Virus record (IMG/VR): IMGVR_UViG_3300032038_000023
DNA from: an uncultured virus (IMG/VR IMGVR_UViG_3300032038_000023)
Lineage: Duplodnaviria; Heunggongvirae; Uroviricota; Caudoviricetes
Reading direction: 5' to 3' (one strand)
Length of the DNA: 56,564 nucleotides
The notes beneath the pieces were generated by a model. The model worked only from the letters and a program-made list of their open reading frames with translations, ran no database searches and was not told the origin of the DNA. The stretch's first letter is position 1. Each line of letters opens with the position of its first letter. The position numbers and the translations under genes were made by a program. Shown piece after piece: positions 50,310 through 56,564 of this stretch.

Positions 50310-52159
50310 TCTCGTACCTCTGAGAAATCAATATTTTCAAAGATGAATTTTTTGCGTGGTTCTACATCGTCTCCCATTAGTTGTTCTAGCAAATAAATAC
50401 TATCGGGATCTGGTTCAAGTACATCCATACGTTGAAATTCTGGAGTGAACATAGAGCGTTTAGCTTGTTCCACCGAGAGAGCGCCGAGTCCTTTAGCTCG
50501 TGTAACTTCACCTTTGATTTTATTTCTTACTTTATTAAATTCTTCATCTGTAAAGTAATAAGATTCAGACTTACCATTCTTTACAATGTAGAGTGGGGAT
50601 CTGAGCCAACAGAGTCGGTTCTCATTTAGGAACTCCGGTGCCAAATATCGAAGTGCGGCCATTATAAGGAGGCCTATATGGTATCCATCGCTATCAGCAT
50701 CTGTACAAATCCCAATTCGTCCATACCTAAGCTTCGACGAGTTATACTTACCCGGTACAATATTCATTGCACTGAGCAAAAGCTTAATCTCTTCATTCTG
50801 AAAGATCTTTTCTTCTGGATGGGCCAGACAATTCAAAATCTTACCACGAATCGCCAGAATCCCATAATGTTCATAGTCGCGCGCTTGTGCGATACCACCG
50901 GCCGCCGAATCACCTTCGACAATCAAAAGGGTAGCGTTCTGACCGAGAAATTCTGCGTCTTTGAGTTTATCAGATGCAAAGACTTTTTTCTTTTGATTCT
51001 TTTCAATGTCTTTAGTCGCATCGAGAACTTGCTTACGAGCACGCTCTGCGGCGGCTTCTGCTTTGGCAATCTTCTTCATGAGTTCGACTATAGAATCAAA
51101 CTCATCTTTATATTTGATGCTCATTTGCTTTAAAGCATTACTAAAGCAGTTAGATGCCATTGTGCGAAGATTCGTATTATTGATTTTAGACTTGGTCTGG
51201 TTTGCGAAAGATGGTTGTGCTACGCTACAATTAATAACGTAGAAAAGTCCATTACGAATCGAATCACCATCGAAGTTTTGCTTTGCGAGAGAATTAAAGG
51301 TTCTGGTGATTGATGTTTTCGCGCCAGTGATAGGGCTGCCGCCTTCTGGACAATGAAGTCCATTTACAAACACGTAGCTTTGCTCTCGTTTATTACCCCA
51401 TTGGAAGGCAATTTCAAGTTTATCACCATTTTCATCTGTAATTGAATCATATATAATATGTTTATGTAAAGGTTTTTCTACATTTTCCTTTACGAAATCT
51501 TTGATGCCGTTTTTCGCGCAGAAAGTTTTTACTTCTTTAGTTTGGACATTTTTAATTTCAAAGGTAATACCGCTATAAAGATAACTAATATTCTTTATAT
51601 CTTCACAAATCTTTTGATATGAATATCCAATTTCTCCAGTTTTAAATACTTCTGGATCAGGACAAAATTCTACAATAGTCCCATTTTGAAAGGTGGTATC
51701 ATACTCTTCATAAGATTCTAATTCACCTTTTTTAAAAGAAGCATGCGCACCTTTACCATCACGTATAGAGAAGACATCAAACCAAAGCGCACTTAAACAT
51801 ACACACTTAGCGCCGATGCCGTTGAGACCCGACGCGTTCTTATATGCGCCTTCTTCAAACTTGCCACCGGTGTGAGATTTAGAGTAGATAGAAACCAAAA
51901 CATTTTCACCATCTTCTCTAATTCCAAAAGGAACGCCGCGGCCATAATCTCTTACTCTAATTGCATTTCGTTTTTCATCTACTTCAATCTCTATTTTATC
52001 ACCAAAACCGGCGATTGCTTCATCTGTAGAGTTATTAATGATTTCTTTAAAAGCTTGATATGTGCCTTCGAGGTCATCAGAACCAAGATACATCTGAATA
52101 CGTGACCTTACTCCATCTTTAAAAGAAAGGGATTGGATTTCGTTAATTCCGTATTCCAT
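50306..52159 (-). CDS. gyrB: Type IIA topoisomerase subunit B (GyrB/ParE family)
   Basis: EIINNSTDE, DYGRGVP, HTGGKF, GLNGIG, VEGDSA, TDADSDG and KGLG. Confidence 0.9.
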   Translation of the reverse strand: MEYGINEIQSLSFKDGVRSRIQMYLGSDDLEGTYQAFKEIINNSTDEAIAGFGDKIEIEVDEKRNAIRVRDYGRGVPFGIREDGENVLVSIYSKSHTGGKFEEGAYKNASGLNGIGAKCVCLSALWFDVFSIRDGKGAHASFKKGELESYEEYDTTFQNGTIVEFCPDPEVFKTGEIGYSYQKICEDIKNISYLYSGITFEIKNVQTKEVKTFCAKNGIKDFVKENVEKPLHKHIIYDSITDENGDKLEIAFQWGNKREQSYVFVNGLHCPEGGSPITGAKTSITRTFNSLAKQNFDGDSIRNGLFYVINCSVAQPSFANQTKSKINNTNLRTMASNCFSNALKQMSIKYKDEFDSIVELMKKIAKAEAAAERARKQVLDATKDIEKNQKKKVFASDKLKDAEFLGQNATLLIVEGDSAAGGIAQARDYEHYGILAIRGKILNCLAHPEEKIFQNEEIKLLLSAMNIVPGKYNSSKLRYGRIGICTDADSDGYHIGLLIMAALRYLAPEFLNENRLCWLRSPLYIVKNGKSESYYFTDEEFNKVRNKIKGEVTRAKGLGALSVEQAKRSMFTPEFQRMDVLEPDPDSIYLLEQLMGDDVEPRKKFIFENIDFSEVRE

Positions 52160-52189
52160 TCATTCACCTACTTTTCATTTTATACTTAT

Positions 52190-52218
52190 ATTATACCACA
52201 AACACTCAAAAAAGTCAA
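52190..52218 (-). promoter_or_regulatory. Sigma-A-type promoter of gyrB
   Basis: TTGACT-17-TATAAT with TG extension. Confidence 0.8.
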
Positions 52219-52219
52219 A

Positions 52220-52585
52220 TTAGATTTCCTTACACTCAATTCCATGTTCATTAAACCACTTTGCAACTAAATGTCTATGACAGAAATCATCTGACTTTTC
52301 AAAGCAAACTAAAGTAGGAATTTTTCCTTTACATCCATCAATTAATAATTTAGCGACTTCATGTGGATTAAACGCACTTAATTGTTTATTATATATAATA
52401 GTATATTTTTCTTTTTCTACTTCCGTTTTCGGAGACTTTTTCCACCAACTAAGAAGCATCGGTGAAGGTGCGAGCATCTTCATTGTATATCCTTTATATC
52501 CTTTTGGCGACCATTGTGCGATTGAAACTGGTTCACAATTATCGGGAAGCCGCCGTATATTTCCGAAGTAAGATGTATAAATCAT
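52220..52585 (-). CDS. DUF488-like protein
   Basis: MIYTSYF, LAPS and LVCFEK..FCHRHLVAKW. Confidence 0.7.
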   Translation of the reverse strand: MIYTSYFGNIRRLPDNCEPVSIAQWSPKGYKGYTMKMLAPSPMLLSWWKKSPKTEVEKEKYTIIYNKQLSAFNPHEVAKLLIDGCKGKIPTLVCFEKSDDFCHRHLVAKWFNEHGIECKEI

Positions 52586-52620
52586 ATCCCGCAACTCCTT
52601 TTAGTTTTTCATTATAATTA

Positions 52621-52681
52621 ATCATATCATAAGATTAGTTAGTTTTCAAATTTTGACTTTTCTTTGGGTTCGTGATAGACT
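52621..52681. promoter_or_regulatory. Back-to-back divergent sigma-A-type promoters
   Basis: Minus strand TTGAAA(52649-44)-17-TATGAT and plus strand TTGACT(52653-58)-17-TAGACT, both with TG extension. Confidence 0.7.
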
Positions 52682-52704
52682 ATATATAGAAATTAGAAAG
52701 GAAG

Positions 52705-53208
52705 ATGAATATGTTTAAAGTAAAGAACATTACAACTGGAAACATTGAGCAAGTTTTGAGTGTATTTTGTGATGAATATGGAAAAGCTTGGTTTTTGTTT
52801 TGGGTTGGTAAAAAATGGGCTTGGCGGCCTGCTGATAATTATTGTCCGCCAAATTATACACCGAAGAAAAATGTAATTGTGGCTGGAAGCCGTAGTTTTA
52901 ATAATTATCAACTTGTTAAGGAGACTTTGGACGCGCGCAAAGATTCGATTGAAAAGATTGTGAGTGGTTGTGCTAAAGGTGCTGATACGCTTGGTGAAAC
53001 TTGGGCAATAAAGAATGAAATTCCTATTAAAAAGTTTCCTGCTTATTGGGAAACCTATGGGGCGGCCGCTGGATACATACGGAACCATGCGATGGGTGAT
53101 TATGCAGATGAACTCATTGCTTTTTGGGATGGCATATCTCCAGGCACAAAGGATATGATTGATTATATGCATAGTCTTGGTAAGCCTGTAGAAGTAATTC
53201 ATTTTTAA
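52705..53208 (+). CDS. YspA/SLOG-family (DUF2493-like) protein with an extra Trp-rich N-terminal domain
   Basis: VIVAGSRSF, VSGCAKGAD, AAGYIRN and IAFWDGISPGTKDMI. Confidence 0.8.
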   Translation: MNMFKVKNITTGNIEQVLSVFCDEYGKAWFLFWVGKKWAWRPADNYCPPNYTPKKNVIVAGSRSFNNYQLVKETLDARKDSIEKIVSGCAKGADTLGETWAIKNEIPIKKFPAYWETYGAAAGYIRNHAMGDYADELIAFWDGISPGTKDMIDYMHSLGKPVEVIHF

Positions 53209-53273
53209 CTTTTTAATAGACGAATCCATAACAATATCTACATATATGTATAGAATAAAATGGAGGTATTCCA

Positions 53274-53873
53274 ATGGATAACATTTTACGTGTAGCTTTT
53301 AAAGGTGAAACAGAGATAACATCTCGTTCTCTTTATTAGTATGACTATGGTCAATATTTAAAGTTTATTGATATTGATTTACCAGCAGCATATGAAGTAC
53401 ATTTTTCTAATAAAATCACTGTCGACTCTACTACTTCCGTTGGGAATGAAAATGGGGTTTTAATTCCAGATGAGTATTTGTTAAGTGGACTTCCAGTATA
53501 TGCTTGGGTCTTTCTTCATACGGGGCAAGCGGATGGAGAAACGAAGTATACCGTTACTATTCCAGTTATAAAACGCTCGCGCCCATCGAATGAGACTCCT
53601 ACTCCTTAGCAGCAGGACGTTATTGAATAGACGCTTGCCGCACTTGAACGTAACGTGCGTGGCAGCCAGCGTGCGATTACGGCAGCAAACAACGCAGAGA
53701 CATATGCAGACAATGCACGTGTTTACGCGGCCGAGGCAAACAATCGTAGAGATCAGTGCTATGAAATTTACAACCAAATAAAAGACAGCGCAGATATAGG
53801 TTACATTACTATAGGAGAAACTAGACTTACGCAATCCGACTTAATAAAATTGCTGGCTCTAATATAGGAGTGA
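53274..53873 (+). CDS. Baseplate/tail-associated protein, 199 aa with TAG read-through
   Basis: GGAGG RBS. Motifs LY(Q)YDYGQ, YEVHFSN, IPDEYL and TIPVIKRSRP; ends at TGA 53871-53873. Confidence 0.65.
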
Positions 53874-53952
53874 TTCTTCAAAATAGTTGAGCGATGTGTC
53901 GAATCACCTACTTTCTATCAAGAGATGAGTTTTATTTTAAGGGGTAATAATA

Positions 53953-55272
53953 ATGGAATATACACAAGAAATGACCCTTGACGTTAACTCCAATACTGCG
54001 TATACAGTTGTTGGCGCAAAGCAAGGCGATTCCAGCAGTCGTATTATTGTGGTTCATATCACAAAAAATGGTGTTCCTTATATTATTGAGCCTAATACTA
54101 CAGCTTATTTCCGCTTTAAGAAGCCAGATGGTAAAGCCATTTTGAATGAAGCGTATATCAATTATACTGATAATACGGTTTCTGTTATACTGACTTCGCA
54201 AACGCTCGCTGCCTATGGTCGTGGCTATGCAGACGTTGTTCTGTATGGTGCTAATTAGGAGATTCTGTCTACCGTATCGTTCGTGTTACTGATAATGGCG
54301 GCACCGAATATTACGGAAGCTGCTGTGTCCAGTGATGAGTTTGGATATTTGTAGGCGATCGTTGATAGTGCAAACGCAACGATTTATGAATCAGAAGCGT
54401 GGGCAGTTGGTACACGAAGTGGTATTCCAGTCGTCGGTGATTATTTCAACTATCAGATTATAGGTAGTAATACGTTTACTTGCACTATTGTCGAAGATAC
54501 TTTTAGAGAAAAAGTTGGTATTGACCCCGGTGGTACAAACCAATATATAGTAAAGTGTGAAGCAGTAACGTATGATGAATAGGGTCATAATATCTATACG
54601 TGGTCAATTGATGGCACGAATGGGTTGCATGATCCTAATATTGATCTTGACGAATATGGAATTACGATCGAAGGCTTTGCAAACGTTAGTAACATAATTT
54701 AGGTTGATGTTACTGATCCAGATCTTTAGTATTAGAATAATGCTAAGTACTGGGCGCATGAGACGGTTAATGCAAAGGATTCGATTGATAATCTGGATAT
54801 TTCTACTACTATATTACCTTCTGATGCGGAACCATCTGTTGATAAGACTCAGATTGAGGATGTTAATGTAACAAGGAGTTCAACAGTCCTTGGAACGGTT
54901 ACGGTTGATAAAGATACGTTTATCGCGGCCGTTGGTGAATATGGGACATATGACTTTAAGTACAATGGTACGAGTTGGGTTATTGATGCAACGATTGTTA
55001 CGTTAGACACTTATGGTATTACATATACTGGAACCGCAATAGACGGAAATAGTATAGAAGTAGTTTATAGTTATCACAAACACTTTAACTTTAATATTCC
55101 TCGTGGTCTTACTGGTGATGTTAACTTTATGACGTTTGAGATTAAACCGGAAGATGGGTATTTATATATGTATCGTCCGGATCATGGAACGGAAGGAGTT
55201 AGCTTTGCTATTATTGCTTATGGGCCAAATGAAGGATGTTTAAGTGTTGAGATAGAAATGGGTGAGGATTGA
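53953..55272 (+). CDS. BppU-like baseplate upper protein, 439 aa with TAG read-through
   Basis: AKQGDSSSR, KKPDG, LTSQTLA and ESEAWAVG; open except for TAG to TGA 55270-55272. Confidence 0.7.
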
Positions 55273-55274
55273 AT

Positions 55275-56174
55275 ATGAGTAGTACTGCTATAACTGTTTT
55301 AGGTAGAGTTCAGCCTAACTATAGAGGCACTTACAGTGCATTAAATACATATGACAAGCTTGACTGGGTTGTTTATAATGGCAGTTCTTACGTATGTAAG
55401 ATAAATGGTACTAGCGCACATTCTCCAACCGAAACTGGATATTGGTAGTTACTTGCTGCAAAAGGTGATAAAGGTAATACTGGTGATACGGGTAGTTTTG
55501 GTACACCAACGGCTTCCGCACATAGTTTAGTTACCGGTTCTGAACCGACTGTAGTTATAACTGCGAGTGGTCCTGATACTGCGAAAGTTTTTGATTTTCA
55601 ATTTGGTATTCCGGCTGGGCCGGTTGGGTTTGATGCAGTTCAAGCCTCGGCAACATCTCTACCAGCATCTGCGAGTGCTACAGTTGAAGCATCAATTAGT
55701 AAAGTAGGAGATGTAACTACTTTAGAGTTTGAGTTTGGTATTCCAGCGGCTGATGGATCTGGCGCCAAGAGCGTTGATGGTATTTAGGCCGATGCTGCGG
55801 GTAATATCACAGTTGGTGCAATTAGTTATACAAGAACTTAGAGTCTTTCTGAAGCATAGGCTGGCCGCGCAAGAACGAACATCGCGGCTTTACGTGAGCC
55901 AGATCAGAAAAGCTACGGACAGTATTTATAGTATGGTGGAGACGTAAGTAATCCTTCGTGGATTGCGGCCGCTATTAATGAAGTACCGGTCGGCGGCATG
56001 GCTGGGTACGTTCTGAGAAAGCAGAATAATGCTTATGGATGGACGCCCGCGTATGAAATTCCTTCGGGTGGTTTAGCTGGCTATGCACTTGTAAAAGCTT
56101 CAAATACGAATTATGATGTTACTTGGGAAGGCATCACAACTATCGCTGAAATTGATGAAATGATTGATGGCTAA
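55275..56174 (+). CDS. Tail fibre-like protein with a CBM5/12-like N-terminus and short collagen-like stretch, 299 aa with TAG
   Basis: YDKLDWVVYNGSSYVC..YW(Q)LLAAKGDKGNTGDTG, two F.FGIP repeats and two P.GG.AGY.L.K repeats; TAA 56172-56174. Confidence 0.65.
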
Positions 56175-56188
56175 TAGGGGGTGTAGTT

Positions 56189-56527
56189 ATGATAAGAGGA
56201 ACTACGCCAACGCATACGTTTTAGTTTGATAAAATTGAGCCTGAAGATTTAAGTGTAATAAAAATTTATTACGCTCAATAGGGTAAAGAGTTATTTGTGA
56301 AAACTAAAGATGATTGTGTCTTTAGTACTAAAGAAACGGAAGATGGGATTGTTTATCTCGCGGCTGTTACATTAACTCAAGAAGAAACTTTAATGTTCAA
56401 GCCAAAATATGAGGTCAGTATTTAGTTGAGAGTACTTACCGCTGATAATCGTTCATTAGCTTCTAAAGAATATAAAGTCCCCGTTTTTGATGTAATAAAT
56501 GACGAGGTACTTGAAGATGAAGCTTAA
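56189..56527 (+). CDS. Phage tail-associated protein, 112 aa with 3 TAG
   Basis: MIRGTTPTHTF..LTQEETL..I(Q)LRV pattern; TAA 56525-56527. Confidence 0.6.
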
Positions 56528-56564
56528 AGTTGATTTTGAAGAAGTTGATGAAGAATTAAAAGTT
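56517..56564 (+). CDS. Start of the next gene (3' truncated)
   Basis: GAGG RBS then MKLKVDFEEVDEELKV, running off the window. Confidence 0.4.
   Translation, partial: MKLKVDFEEVDEELKV

Noticed and set aside
52693..53274. 193-aa - strand ORF
   Set aside because: Antisense shadow of the SLOG-family gene, which has a promoter, RBS and motifs.
53874..53952. Possible suppressor tRNA in this or other intergenic gaps such as 4999-5089
   Set aside because: No cloverleaf, T-loop GTTCGA or CCA end recognised. The decoding machinery probably lies outside the window; a tRNA scan would confirm.

Overview
A 56.6 kb internal segment of a large tailed dsDNA phage genome with a siphovirus-type long non-contractile tail module. 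GGAGG Shine-Dalgarno sites, extended -10 sigma-A promoters and a class III RNR point to an anaerobic Bacillota host (inference). The fragmented ORF track is an artefact of the genetic code: TAG is read as a sense codon, almost certainly Gln (code 15). With read-through the + strand gives an intact morphogenesis module at 1-24114: terminase, portal, protease-scaffold, decoration protein, major capsid, neck genes, tail tube plus a paralog, a 2767-aa tape measure, Dit and a 1622-aa tail tip. A second recoded baseplate/fibre block lies at 53274-56564. Between them is a - strand block of DNA replication and nucleotide metabolism genes (GyrB/GyrA, SSB, Sak4-like ATPase, helicase, primase, RecJ, DnaE, NrdDG, NrdH-like redoxin, GT8, two NDT-fold proteins, NCS2 permease, CAP protein, dUTPase) driven by host-type promoters. 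TAG use is strongly partitioned. Core replication enzymes and the highest-copy virion proteins have none. Low-copy virion proteins are full of it, and a RuvC-like resolvase and a DNA methyltransferase inside the replication block depend on it. A GCGGCC/GGCCGC motif, including at least nine GCGGCCGC sites, is strongly over-represented across this AT-rich window. No suppressor tRNA, CRISPR array, integrase or reverse transcriptase was seen. Product calls come from motif recognition by eye, not database searches.
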